Assembly (NCBI GenBank): GCA_964016885.1
Contig: OZ024740.1
Coordinates: 116,932,001 to 116,996,000, forward strand
DNA length: 64,000 bases
Direction of reading: 5' to 3'
Source: Eledone cirrhosa
Lineage: Eukaryota
Positions within the stretch are counted from its first letter, which is position 1. Each line of letters opens with the position of its first letter. The position numbers were made by a program, and so were the translations under genes. The notes under the pieces are model-generated. The model ran no database searches, was not told where the DNA came from, and worked only from the letters and a program-made list of their open reading frames with translations. Positions 14,062 through 28,352 of this stretch are shown piece after piece.

Positions 14062-14206
14062 ATATATATATATATATTGCTGTACTTTGGGAGGGTCATA
14101 CTGCTAATAAAAACACACGCACCAGATGATTTCACTTCAATTTATTATCAAAATATTCCGGTGGTTAGTTTAATAACCAGATGGTTGTTTAGGTATTAGT
14201 TGCCAA

Positions 14207-14260
<54 letters not shown>

Positions 14261-14313
14261 CGCATGTGCGTGTGTCTGTGAGTAGAGTACAATATATATT
14301 TTCCGAAGATGGC

Positions 14314-14352
14314 AGTAACTTCGAAGTTTCATCGTTGATGCTTTATCAGACT
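14314..14352 (-). ncRNA. Hammerhead motif with G8A change
   Basis: Reverse complement: agt CTGATAA agc atc aac gat GAAA cttcgaag TT act. Palindromic aacttcgaagtt stem III. Confidence 0.55.
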
Positions 14353-14774
14353 ATAAAGACTGGATAAGCGGCATCGCCGAACTTTCGAAGACATTTTCAC
14401 CTTGTTTATTAAATATATCTTTAGGTTAGCATCTAGGCACTCGTATGTATATAAAGCAAAATGTTTGATATGCGATAAATGACCTATATTCTTCTTTCGT
14501 TGCCAATTACTACTTACAATGTGTGTAAGTATCTATATATGAAAATATATATATATGCATGTTTGTTATAAAGCCTTTCTTTCTTTTGTTTCTATATATC
14601 CTCTGTTTAGCCCGCAACAAATATACATTTACAGTATAGAAATTTTCGTACAATGAACTTATAAAATATTGTGTCTGGGTGCACCTATACATTGTTAATA
14701 TTTATGAAGAGAAATGGTACATACATAAAATTGTGTTTTATTTTTGTATTCATTTAAGTTTAATTCGCTATATA

Positions 14775-15319
14775 TCTATATACAAAAATGGCAATTTCTG
14801 TCTGTTTGTGTGTTTGTTTGTGGGCCTAAAACTCAAAAACTACTAAACCGATCTTGATGAAACTTGACACGTGTGTGGGGTCCATGCCCATTTGATTTCT
14901 TACGTACTTTGAAGTTTAAAAATAAATCGATAATTTCCAGTCTACATCGATTTTTTTTAAAATCAATAGGAAATGTGTATGCAAATGCTCATATGAGTGT
15001 TATTTTCTTCCATAACTTTTAAAGCTCTCAACTGATTTCCTTCAAACTTGAAACACAGATAGATTATGTCCTAAGGATGGCTTTTTGCTAAAGAGAATTA
15101 TCCAGACCACTCGAGCAGACGTAAGCTGATTTTTGATTAACTGATGAGCGAAATTTGACTTCAGCTGTTGTGGGCTTAAAATGTTCTCCATAAATCACCA
15201 TACTATTCTCTACTTGCTGTAACATTTAGTTTTGGTCTGAGAGGCATTGAGAGGCATTGGGCATTTTAATGGGAACTGGGAATATTCCCGCTCCCGGGTA
15301 TTACTGGGTACCTCAGCTA

Positions 15320-15320
<1 letters not shown>
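14775..15320 (+). mobile_element. Non-autonomous Helitron (546 bp)
   Basis: A|TCtatatacaaaa 5' end; ctgtctgtttgtgtg tract and aaaactactaaaccgatcttgatgaaac typical of small Helitrons; 3' hairpin cccgggtattactggg then CTAG|T. Confidence 0.75.
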
Positions 15321-15403
<83 letters not shown>

Positions 15404-15405
<2 letters not shown>

Positions 15406-15530
15406 CTGTCGAAACGGCCAGAGCTCAGCTGTCGGGGTCCTGACTCTTTTCCTATTATCTACTGTACTACCCAGTATCGAGAACTTTGGTGCGTTATGGT
15501 CCACCTGGTTACTTACCACACTTCCTTCGT
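15404..15530 (+). mobile_element. Family A retro-insert without fold-back
   Basis: agctgtcgaaacggccagagctc...ttccttcgtt-(TA)n. Confidence 0.75.
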
Positions 15531-15744
15531 TATATATATATATCGAATTAAACTTAAATAAATAAAATATCATAATATACTAGAAATGTTTTTAAAAGAG
15601 AAACAGAGAAATATATAAGAAAGTTCTTGGGTCTTTCATATATGAACAATATACAAATAATAACACAACTAAGAACTGTATATAATGAAGAGCGATATTT
15701 TAAGACATGAAACATAAATATAAATTAAAACAATAGGACTTCTG

Positions 15745-15975
15745 AAATGAAAGTTTCTAATTTTGGCACGAGGCAGTCAATGTTTTTATTTTGATGGGGG
15801 TGGAGTATGTATATTATATTGACTGCAGTACTTGACGGGTACTGTATTTTATCGACTTCAGAAGATGAAAACCAAAGTTGATACAATGGGGTTTGAAACC
15901 AGAGGTCAGGGGACGTTACCAAATACTGCAATGCATTTCATTTGACGTACTAACGAGTCTGCTAATCCACTGCCC
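15745..15975 (-). mobile_element. Older S1-related SINE
   Basis: gtttctaattttggcacgaggc tail and ttttatcgac body, diverged. Confidence 0.6.
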
Positions 15976-16872
15976 TTAAATCTACAGAAATAATAAAAAC
16001 TTCTCATTTTAAGATAAGATTACAAGTTCAAACGCTTGTATACGAGCGATATGGTGGATGAAATCATTTATACAGTATGCCTGATATTATTTTAAAATTA
16101 ATCGCAGAGAAATGAAAAATAAAATTATTTTTGCTAGAAGCAACTGTAAAGTATCCTTCAAACTACACATTAAAAAGGATATATTGAATGTTTTCCGGGG
16201 TTCACAATGCCTGAAAATAAATGGGGTGGTGATATTGGGAATGTATTTGACCATAACTCTGATCAACCAGGTCCGACTTGAGATTAAACAACAACATAAA
16301 AAATTATGACTATATTATAAAAACGGAGCAAATCCGTATGTAATAAAAATTAGTATCAGAAAAAACCCTGTTTAAAAAAAAAAATATATATTTTTTTAAT
16401 TTCTTACAAGGAATGAGAGGACATTTCACGGAGAACTTACACATTTTCGCAGAATTCATAATTGAGGAAATAGATTCAAGATTTCCCTAATAATCAATGC
16501 AGTTTTGCCCTCCGGCCAATATGTGCATGTTTATCACTCATGTTCTCTCCTTCCAGCAAATTGAATTTATTTCATCCCAGGTAAAGAAAGGGACCTTCGA
16601 ATATTCCGAAGCTCTTCGTTAATAACAAGAATCCAGAAAACAACAATAACAAAACAACCATTTCATTTCTTATAGTAATCCTGGAAGAAAATATAGCCTA
16701 AGTGGGGCTCCATTAAAAGTGACCGTTTTCAACGAAAAACAAAAAAAAAACAACAGCAACAATACAATACAAGCCATCATCATCGTCACCATAATCATCA
16801 TTATCATAATCATCATCACCATCACCATCACCCTCACCACATTCTCATATGATATCGAATCCTTGCGTAAAA

Positions 16873-16940
<68 letters not shown>

Positions 16941-16945
<5 letters not shown>

Positions 16946-17418
16946 TATGTATATGTACATACATATATGTATACAGACGTACATGTATATATATATACAT
17001 ACATTCACATATATATATATATATATATGTACGTATGGATTCACCGAACATTTATTATAATGCTCGGTGTGTTTGTAAACAAACAACTCGAATTAAGCCG
17101 TACAGTGTCTAGCAACCATCGTTGCTCATTTGTTCAACACTGAAAAAGGAACGCTGTACTAGTTTCAAGCTTATTAGCTATCGTCAGCAACGTATACCTT
17201 CCTGCCAGATGATTGAACGTCTGAAAGTATATACTTTCCTTTTGGTTGATAGACACTGTACGGCTTAATTCGGGATGTTTGTTTACAAACACACCGAGCA
17301 TTATAATAATTGTTCGGTGAATCCATACGTACATATATATATGTGTGCATGTATGTATAGATATATACATACTACTGTACGTCTGTATACATATATGTAT
17401 GTACGTATACATACTTAT
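16941..17418. mobile_element. Fold-back insert with about 170-bp inverted arms around a hammerhead
   Basis: Arms at 16941-17111 and 17250-17418. Confidence 0.8.
17151..17193 (-). ncRNA. Minimal hammerhead ribozyme, intact core
   Basis: Reverse complement: acgttg CTGACGA t agct aata agct t GAAA ctag TA cagcgt. Palindromic actagt stem III, GUA triplet. Confidence 0.85.
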
Positions 17419-17473
17419 ATTTAAGTAACAGCCGTATTAAGAGTGAGAAATGAAATTTCGTTTCATTTTTACC

Positions 17474-17514
<41 letters not shown>

Positions 17515-18079
17515 CAATCCGAAAAAAAGAAACATTTTACTGTTAATTTTGATTATAGTTCCGTGTCTGACCTGACCTAACAGTAAAAAAAAAAAAAAAA
17601 GAGAAAGATTTCATGTTGATAATCTCTAAGATAACTTAAAGTTGAGAGCTTTTTAGATTAGATCTCAAATATTCAAATGTTCCATCTGGTAATTACACTT
17701 CAAAAGTTTTGCTAAGTATTTAGTCCTTTCATAGATTTGATTATATTTCGAGCGAAGAGACCTTTGATAATATTTAGACACACTGAACGAAAAAAAAGCC
17801 TTATTGTATTTTTATATTTAGTCTCTTACACTACTATTTATATCTCTGTAAGGATTTAATTACCTACTTGAAGTTCCAGAATTCACTGCGGTTCTAGATT
17901 ATCTCAACTCTATCACATGCCTGGTGGTTTAATACGACGGCCTCTACTAATACTGGTATGTATGTATGTATGTATGTATGTATGTATGTATGTATGTATG
18001 TATGTATGTATGTATGTATGTATGCATGTATGGATAGTTGTGAATGTGGGTGTGCTGGTAAAGATCCTATATATATCTA

Positions 18080-18330
18080 AGTCTAAAGCCAGGAGGCTCA
18101 CCAGGCCAGTGCTTATCCCAATTTCCATGGCGTCAAGCGACTGAGAGTACAACACTATCTCTGGAGAGGACGCCAGTCCATTGCAGTGTTACACTCCCAG
18201 CTCTAGCTGGTACACATTTTCAGTTGAATATACTGGAGCTACATGAAATGAAGTGTTTTGCTCAAGAACTCAGCACACAACTCAGTCCAAGAATTAAACC
18301 CACAACGTACCACTAGGCCACGCGCTTCCA
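18080..18330 (-). mobile_element. SINE family S2
   Basis: Reverse-complement homologue of 49207-49493. Confidence 0.75.
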
Positions 18331-18347
18331 TCCTATATATATATATG

Positions 18348-18423
<76 letters not shown>

Positions 18424-18734
18424 GATATACCCACCACCACCACACACATATATATAATATAGAAATGACATCTACAGGATGTTTTGAAATCATCAGAAAT
18501 TTCAAATGAGTAAAACAGTTCTAGTCATTTAGATGTCATTTCTATATGAAATAAATATGTAGCTTCTCTACTAATGTATTGAGTACCTTATTTAACTGTG
18601 GTTCCCTTCCACAGAGAGAGAGAGGGATAGAGAGAGAGGGACAGAGAGAGGGGGAGAGAGGAGTGAGAGAAAGATGGAGTAAGAAAGAGAGAGAATACAT
18701 ACATATATATGTACATATATACACATGTTTTCCC

Positions 18735-18935
18735 CAAATGACTCAATTTTTTTTCCGTTCCTTCCTCTTATCACTCCCTATCTCTTTATTTCATCTTTTA
18801 TTTCTCATTCTATCTTCTGATGAAAGACTAGTGACCGAAACTTTTTCTACTATATCAAGCGTTAAACTAATATATTTCTTCACTGTTCTATTTCGTTTGC
18901 TTTGTTGCTTCCGTTTACATTTTGCATTCATATAT
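18735..18935 (+). mobile_element. PLE-like 3' end (family D) with truncated hammerhead
   Basis: tctt CTGATGA aagactagtgacc GAAA c (18817-18841), with stem III deleted. Homologues at 38830-39035 (+) and 4765-4835 (-). Confidence 0.6.
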
Positions 18936-19458
18936 CTACAAATACATACATAAAAAAAAGAAGCATACATACATATGTGTACATGGTTACATGCACAAAT
19001 ACAATACTGATATATTCTTAATGGATTTATTAAAAACACTCTGACATGTAAGTACCTCCCAGGTCGAATTTTATTCATCTATTATCGACTAGAGCTCTCC
19101 CTCTTCCGTCTATATTTCTGAGTTTTACTAGAACTGAGGACGTATTTTGAAACTGAAACAAATGCAATGTAGAAAAGCCATTTAAACGACATTTATATCT
19201 TTATATTCGCTTTTAGATAGTATTATATACTGTAATGTGGAATTATGCCAGTGATCATGGTGGAGATATTTGACGAAAATGTTTTAATTCGTTCACATAA
19301 TAGTATGTTATACGATCGAGAAATACAGTATAATAGTATCTTATTTTAAAGTTTTAGTATTTTCAGCCATCATGTTTCTGTTTTAAATAGTTGTCATGAC
19401 ATCTTTTATTACATAATAAATTGTAAGTGATGTAAGCGTACTCAATAAACAGATAGCA

Positions 19459-19766
19459 TAGTGGTTGGACCGAAAGCCGAAACTGTACCAAATGAATATT
19501 ATGGTGTCTGAGTGGTTGTTTGTAGCCGAATTAGTCTCCCACTGCTTTCTGAATTCTGGCGAAATCATCACAGCAGAAATCAATAAAATGCTTAAAATAT
19601 TACGGCGTTTGAGTCCAGCATTGGTCAATAAAAGAGACCCAATACTCTTACACAACAGCGTTCGATCACACAACCAACTATCACTTTTTTAAGCACTTCG
19701 ACAACTTGCACGGAAAAGTTTTCAACAACTAAACAGCCGCAAAATAATATCTGAAGAATTCATTAT
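19459..19766 (+). pseudogene. Mariner (DD34D) transposase relic
   Basis: WLDRKPKLYQMNIMVS...FLNSGEIITAE...SPALVNKRDPILLHNSVRSH and HFFKHFDN match mariner catalytic-domain motifs (ILLHDNARPH region); contains deletions. Confidence 0.8.
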
Positions 19767-19817
19767 CCAGCATTAATTTCTGAAAAATCTGATATTCGTG
19801 TTTTCTTTATACTAGAT

Positions 19818-19818
19818 G

Positions 19819-19915
<97 letters not shown>
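19818..19915. repeat. (ATCT)n microsatellite
   Basis: Direct inspection. Confidence 0.95.
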
Positions 19916-19916
<1 letters not shown>

Positions 19917-20597
19917 GTGTGTATGTATATATGTATATAAATATATAAATATATAAATATATATATATATATTTATATACATAGATACATACATACTCAC
20001 TTACATACATACACACTCACACACATACACACTCACACACACTCACACACGCACACACAGACCCCCCCCCCACATATATATATGTGTGTGTGTTTGCGTA
20101 AAAAAATAAAATGCGAATCTTACTCGTCACTCCTATGTATGTTCAACTACCTCCTACGAGATTATATATTTATATATCACAGGTTTCTCGCGTTTTTTAT
20201 GATAGACAGCCAAGTCCAGGTAATGTGAAATGAAGCATCTTACTTAGGATCACTAGTACAGAAATGGAACCCATGACGTTATTATAATAAGTCTAACGCC
20301 CTATCCATTAGGCCACGGACCTTCACCATGTATATCCAGCCGATATGCAAATTAGCATATCCAGCCGACGTTTCATATGCAAAAAAGCATATAAACTATA
20401 GCTTATTCTTTTCTCAGTACCGTGGAAAAATGCCACCGATGACGGATAAAAATCCAGAAACTTGTAACTGACATTCCCACACAGCTGCTGGGATAGCTTT
20501 GACATGATCACATATTAAAATATTCATAGCTAGACTCGCGTATGTTTATTTTACCTAAACATATCTTATATGGCTTCATACACACCTCTATTATTTA

Positions 20598-20782
20598 GAT
20601 TGGCAGTATCGGTAGAAGGTCGGACGCCATGCTTTGCAGCATAGAGTTACACCCCTTTATGGTCTGAGTTCAAATCCTACCGAGGTTAACTTTGCCTTAT
20701 ATCCTTACGCGGTCGATAAAATAAAGTACAAGTAATGCACTGGGTAATTGCTGGCCTTGTGCCAAAAGTAGAAACAGTTATT
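20598..20782 (+). mobile_element. SINE S1
   Basis: S1 body and tail; ttatttag duplicated at both ends. Confidence 0.88.
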
Positions 20783-21313
20783 TAGCATTGTATGTTGTTT
20801 GCTGTTAATGCTCTATCACTCTCTATCATGCTGCTTCTGAGTTTCCTATTCAGAAGACATAAAGAGTGTGTTCATTTGCTTTATATTTTTTTCTGCTGTC
20901 ATTTGCGAGCTCTTCATTTCATTGTTAAATGTGGTATGTGGTATGCCTGAACATCGTTCTTATCTAGTGATGCGGTGATGATAATGATGATGAAGCTGAT
21001 GATGATGATGATCATCATCATCATCATTACTCCCGCCACTATTATCATCATCATCATCATCATCATCATAAGGCAACATTTAGACATGATTTATGCTCGA
21101 AAATTTGACAGACAGATGAGACACTTGGCACGTGAAATTATGCATGAATATGTGAAAGTATGCATGTAAATATGCATCAATCGTTATTTGTGTATGTGAA
21201 TTCGAGTGAGTGTGTAAGAATTTGACAACATGTTTTAAAATCATTGCAAATCAACCACATATCACGATTATTGCATTCGGAAAGGAATAGACAATCATGA
21301 TTCTGGCAAAGCT

Positions 21314-21397
<84 letters not shown>

Positions 21398-21488
21398 GGG
21401 GGGCGGGGGGCGTCTGTGTATGTATCTTATTAGTTTTGTTCTTGTGTGTCTTTATATTGTCCTTAGTCATGCAAATAACTACAATTAT

Positions 21489-21531
<43 letters not shown>

Positions 21532-21915
21532 GGAGGTGAGTTTTATTGTAGTACAATAAAACTCAATATACAAACCTTAACTTTACATTATTTTTCTCTT
21601 CGTTAATTTTCAAATTCTTTTAATTTATACATTATCTTCCAACGGTTTTCAACCTCTCTATGTAAAACAATATATCTTTCTCAGTTATAAAAGCTATCTC
21701 TCTCTCTCTATCACCCATCTCTCTTCCTATCTCATCCTTCCTCATTATACTCCTCCCTCTCCACCTTCACTCTCATCTCCTTCTTTTTTCATCCCCCCCC
21801 CTCTAAATAAAATATTTTTTCCCAATATCACACATCAATCTAAAACTACTTCTCATATGTTGATTTAAAACTGCACTATCCACAAGTGTTTTTTAACCTT
21901 CATATCATGTCCTCC

Positions 21916-21986
21916 TGTTTTATCTGATGAAAACACAAATATTATTGCATGATGATATTTGTTTTTGAAATGCGCATAATAAAATA
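21916..21986 (+). ncRNA. Hammerhead ribozyme, intact core (family C)
   Basis: tgttttat CTGATGA(21924-30) aaacacaaatat...atatttgttttt GAAA(21967-70) tgcgca TA ataaaata. Confidence 0.85.
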
Positions 21987-22026
21987 CATGGAACTCTTTT
22001 AACCATCTTTTGTTCTTATATATTAC

Positions 22027-22076
<50 letters not shown>

Positions 22077-22147
22077 ATATGTATATATATATATATATAT
22101 TGATAATTGTAGTTATTTGCATTTGCACCATCTCTCAATCAATCAAT

Positions 22148-22204
<57 letters not shown>

Positions 22205-22679
22205 GAGAGAGAGAGAGAGAGAGAGAAATGGAGAGAAGTATGCATGTTTATGTGGGAGAAGACATATGTGTTTCTGTTCTACGTGTGTGAGAGGCACTTA
22301 GTCTCAACAATATAGTTGAAAAAAAAAAAGAACTCTTCACGGCTTATTGTAGAAAACAAGCGAGAAATCATTTCCATTTTCTCTCCCCTACATTGTATGT
22401 CTTTATCTAAAGAACATCTACTGCACTGAAGTTACACTTCACTTGTACTACTAACTAACTACATAAATAAATAGCTATATAAATCATAATAAATAAGGAA
22501 TAAATGTAGAAAACGTTTAATGTCATCAAGTGCACCACCCCCTTAGTATTTATACATAACAACAACCTATTCACTGAAACATCTTTTATAATCCTCTGGG
22601 GTATTTTCTCTAAAATAATCAATAGCTGAAATCTTTTGCTCGGGGATTCTCACCGTCATTCGCAAGTATTTGTAGTTGG

Positions 22680-22995
22680 AGAGTTGTTGTTGTTGGTGGT
22701 GATGTTTGTAGTAGTGGTGCTGGCGTTGCTGTTATTATTGTTGTTGCTGTTGATAATGATGATGGTGGTAGTTAATTTGTTGTTGATGATGATGATGGTG
22801 GTGGTGTTGCTGGTAGTGATGATGGTAGTTGTTTTGTTGATGTTTTTGTTGCTGTTGTCGCTGTTGTCGTCGTCGTCGTCGTCGTCGTCGTTGTTGTTGG
22901 TCTTCTTCTTCTTCTTCTTCTTCTTCTTCTTCTTCTTCTTCTTCTTCTTCTTCTTCTTCTTCTTCTTCTTCTTCTTCTTCTTCTTCTTCTTCTTC
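22680..22995. repeat. Compound trinucleotide tract (GTT/GAT/GTC, then (TTC)n)
   Basis: Direct inspection. Confidence 0.9.
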
Positions 22996-24179
22996 TCTAC
23001 CGTTCCCAACCTACCGACCATGATTGTGAACCTGACCAACAAAACCACCGTTAACCCCACCACCACCACCACCACTACCAATACTGCCACACAATATGCA
23101 CGTGCACGGTTGATACCAGTGTCGTCTCCACTTGATCATAAGTCTGTTGTTTCCAGTATTCTCCTATTCTCTTATGTTCTACCCTAACCCAACTCTGCAC
23201 CTACTCATCCAGCTCTCGTCCCACCAAACATAATGCTATATCCCTTGTTCCCCTCCCCCACGATTCCCAAACATTGTTGACTCCAAGCTTTGTAAGTAAT
23301 TTCGACTTTTTAAACAGATTTATGTTCTCTTTGATAAATTGGTAAATTATTCTCTATTTAGTGCTAGGTGGACTTAGCCATTCACAGACACGTACAGCAA
23401 AGGTTGACCGGGTATGAAATGCCAGCTTCTCTGGTGGATATTTCTAAGCCTAAAGACACACATCATAAACCTGGCTCCGTTATTACCCTAAGTGTTCGTT
23501 ATCTCAATAAACATGACAGTTTATTCCATACTTTGTTGCCAGATGTCACAGAAAACAGTTGGTTATCAGTGGGACTGATAACCAAGAGATCACCAGATTG
23601 CGTAATATTGGTGTCGTATCATAAATACTGCAATGTGTCGCGTGACCATCATATTTAATTCCATATGGCGTAATGCCCGACACTGTAAAGTAAGTATCAC
23701 AGAGATGCACGACTTAACACAATAAATTATCCGAACACTCTAATAACATTAAGACGGTGCGATAGATCACGATTTTCGAGACTAGAAATATGTAGCAATA
23801 TAACCAATACCTGCTACTCGGTATATCGATCTACCATGATCAGTCAACCTTCTAGAGCAATCGTAAAACAATGAACTAATTAAAAACCTATTTCTGACAT
23901 TTGTTTAATTTTAATTGTTCAATACACACACATGCGCGCATATACATACATATCTACTGTATAGGGTGAAAGAAAACATTCTTTGTGTGTGTATGTGTGT
24001 GTGTATGTGTGTGTGTGTAAGTGTGTATGTATGTGTGTGTAAGTGTGTGTTTGTGTGTGCGTACACGATGGGCTATACTTTCTGTCGATGAAAATTCATT
24101 AACAAGGCATTGATCAACTCAACATACCACGCAGCAAGGCTGAACCAAAAACTGCATCGTTGCGAATACATAAACACAG

Positions 24180-24211
<32 letters not shown>

Positions 24212-24833
24212 GCGCGCACACAGAAGCAGACAGACAAACACAGACACACATGCACACACAAACGCACACACACACACTCTCTCTCTCTCTCTCACACACA
24301 CATATGAACTCTCCCTATTCAAAATAGCTCAAATTTATGCGTGTATTTCTAGCTACATTTATTCTAAACAGTTCCCATAAGCCACAGCCTTGATCATCAA
24401 TATTTAAATATGGTCTATCGAGACCTTTAAAATATTCTCACCACCCGGTGTCCAGTATCGCTCAGTTCAATGTTTTACGGGTTGTTTGTACTGGCTAAAA
24501 AGAGCCAAACTAAGAAGTTCATGCAGTGTTAAAATCAACTAATCCCATGAAATTGAAGCTCCGTGTATACGCAATCGATCGATGGGGGTTAGCAAAACAG
24601 TGGAATTGTAGTTGATGGGTGTAAGGTTTTACTCGTGGGAAATGAATGATAACACGGTAAAGCTCTAACTAAATACTAATGACGTTCAAATTGCTTATAT
24701 TATACTACCCCGCCCAGTTATATAGCGAATAATGTTGCTCATTTTCTTAACCTCTTTAATATCACATTATTTGTTCACACACACGCACACACACATATAT
24801 ATATATATATATATACAAATATATATAAATATA

Positions 24834-24920
<87 letters not shown>

Positions 24921-25245
24921 ATATATATATATATATATATATATTTATTAAAATAACAGATTAAAGTTTAAGCAAAGAATCGCTGCTTTCACCCTTAACG
25001 GGATCTTCTGAAACTAACAAAGTCAATCTCTAAACGCAGAAGTGAATATTTTAAAAGACGTTGCAACCGGAGGAAGACAGTATTATTACTATATATATAA
25101 ATATATATATATATTTGTATGTGTGTGTGTATGAGTGTTAATGCATAATACGTAGGTGTATCTGAAGCAATATGTTTATACTGTGGCTAGTACGTCGATG
25201 TAGTTATGTGTGTGTAGTTGTAATGTTGCTATACAACATTATAGT

Positions 25246-25432
25246 GTGGATTAGCAGTATCGGTAGAGGGTTGGACGCCATGCTTTGGTGCATAGAGTTA
25301 CGGCCCTTGCTATTCTGAGTTCAAATCCCGCCGAGGTTAACTTTGCCTTTCATCCTTACGGGGTCGATAAAACACTGTACCAGTAATGCACTGGGTAATT
25401 GCTGGCTTTGTGCCAAAAGTAGAAACAATAAT
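25246..25432 (+). mobile_element. SINE S1
   Basis: S1 consensus match. Confidence 0.88.
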
Positions 25433-26851
25433 AGAGTAGCAACACATTCAGGTTACAAATAACTGTTCACTGCTAGCTTTGTCGGATATTTGGACTTCTT
25501 AAACATGCTCTTCGACAGAATCGTGTTCTCATTGATAAATTGGTAAATTATTCCCTAGTTAGTGCTAGATGTACTCAGCCATTCACAGACACGCACAGCA
25601 AAGGTTGATCGGATATAAAATGCCAGCTTGTCTGATGTTTCTTACTCTAACGACTCACAATGTCATCTGTCATTTGATTTGTCACAACTAGAAAAGATCA
25701 AATATACTACTTGTTACAAAACCGTAACCTGTTGGAGAAGCATTGCCAAATACATATACTTCACAAGTTCATGAATATCCAGCCAGATATAACTTTTAAA
25801 TTTAGTGAAGTTGCTGACCTTTTTATAGGATTAACTCAACATCTCTTATATTGTAGACTGTCTTTATAGAAAGTGGTGAAGATGTCGTAGATGCGGTAAG
25901 ATGAGAAGAGATGAGATGAGAGGATGAATAGTAAGAATTAAATTGCGGGTATTTAGTGAAGTTATTTAATATTCATCTCAGTTAGGATAGTGGAGCTGAA
26001 GAAAATATAGAGCAGCGAACAAAATAACTCGTAATATTAATTTGAATTCTGAGAATGTGAAGAAAAGCGAATATAGAATAATTATTTTTAAGCGCTTCGT
26101 ACGTTTAAGAATAAAAATGATAACACTAATATCATATAATTAAGTATTGGTTTACTCAGCATCCGGGCTTCGATGATTTAAAGTCTTGACAAAAACATAC
26201 GCGTCTTAAAAGTTAATGTCTTCTCTTTTACAAGCATGTGATGGTTTGTATATGTAATAAATTTAGGCCCATAAATCGTGTAATTTTTGAACCGAGACTC
26301 AATGTCGCTGCTCCGTGTCATTGATCAAATAACTTGAACGTAACATGAATTTTAATGAATGACCAAGAGACACAAAGAAAAGATCAACAGTTTTCCCTAT
26401 CTGTAGTATAGAGATACGTCCTGTTAGTGGTAGCACCTACGGCACCAATAGAATGAATATATCAGACTTTTACGCAATGAGGTTTCTTTAAAGTCTTTAA
26501 ATTGCTCTTTATCAGTATTTATTCCATGTAATTGGTAATTAGATCTAATTTTCAGGAGCATTTCTCTTTACTAAATTAATTCAGACTGATAGCGAGTTGA
26601 TATAAAAACGATAGACAGCATTATATATATTATCATTTGTAAGAGTATGAGTGTTGTGTATAAGAATGTATTTGTTATTGTTTTTATAGGCGAGCAGATT
26701 GGATTGCTTTTGTTACTATTCTACTACAATATATTTTCAGTAGCTTATCTATTTTTAAATGCAAAATCTTCTTTCTATATATGTAAACGCGCACGTACGT
26801 GCGCCCACGCGCATGTCTGTACACACATACACACACACACATATACAAATG

Positions 26852-26934
<83 letters not shown>

Positions 26935-28352
26935 AAAAGGCGACGATTTGTTTGAGTCGTTTGAGCGACGGATAACTTGCTTGGTCATATTTGTTCAAGC
27001 TAACTACACTCTCAGTTCAAATCCTGCTGAGGTCAACTTGGCTTTTCATCTTTTCGCAGTCTAGGTCGATGGAAGGGTGGAATTGTCAGAGCGTTGGGCG
27101 ACTGCCTTGTGATATCTGTCGCAGCTCTTTGCGTCGCCTTTTCCTTAGATAGCATAAATAGCATATTGAAAGGAGATGGTGTACATGGGAAAAATTTAGG
27201 TGCATGGTTGAGTAGACAAAGTGTTATTTTAACTCTCCCCCCTATCCATAACGTTATTTCTTTCTCTCTCTTTCACAGTTATACTGCCACCGTGAGTATC
27301 TGTATGTGTATGTGTGCCAGTGCATGTTTACGTACTTAGAGACATGTGTGTGTATGTGTGTGTAACAGTACTTAAGTTAGAGACATATACTTATATATAT
27401 ATATATTTGTGTGGGTGTGTGTGTGTGTGTGTAGTATCCCTTCGTAAATAGCCAAAACGGTGCATAATGGAAAAAATAGCCCGGTAAGTGATATAACCCT
27501 GAAATGGGGATAAAACAGGTTTGACGTAAATCGACATAAAAATATTTCTCGAATGATGAAAATAGTTTAATAATTATTTAAAATAGATTTTTCAGTGATT
27601 TCTCAGTGAATATGATTTCAAAACTACAAGTTGTTTGTACTTCAAGTATCTATATTTGAGCTTTCTTTAAACAGACGATATTTTAATTATCAGAAAAGCA
27701 TTAAGTGAATATCACTGAAAAATACCAGTTGGTGTTAAACATTAGTGTTTATATTTTTGCTTTTGTTTAAAAGAATATTTCAATTATTTAGAAATATTTT
27801 AAAGTGAATTTGATTTCACAAATAGCTTTATTTACATATACAATATCTTCATTTTTTAAAAATTATTTTCAAGTGAATACGATGGAAAAAATATTCCTTG
27901 GCATATGTAAAAAATATTCTTAAGTGTAAATGACTTAAAAAATACAAATTATTTGTACACTGAGTATATATATTTCAGCTTTCTTTAAACAGAATATTTT
28001 AATTATTAATAACTATTTTTTAAGTGAATATGATTTGAAAAATATGATTTGAAAAATATGAGTTGTTTAAACAGACAATATTTTCATTATTTAGAAATAT
28101 TTGTAAATGATGATTTAAAAAAAAATATTTGTTGAGATAATAGGAATTTTTTCTGAGGTGAATACGATTTTCTACTTTTAAATACGGCGAGGAAGAAAGA
28201 AAAAAAAACCATCTGGCTGGTCTATCGATAGTGGAAAGAAAGCACGGCTAAGGCGAGCCGAAGAAGGTGAGCAAGATAGTGGTCAACGCCAACAAGATCG
28301 GGACAGGCATGCGAATAGAAGGATCGATGAGACTGATAAAGCAAGGGCTGCG

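Noticed and set aside
15150-15175. ctgatgagcgaaa motif inside the small Helitron
   Set aside because: There is no room for stem II and no convincing stem I or III.
22636-23187. Poly-F/poly-K ORFs and a Q/H-rich minus frame
   Set aside because: They derive from triplet repeats. The most protein-like Q/H frame has two TAA stops, and I found no splice support.
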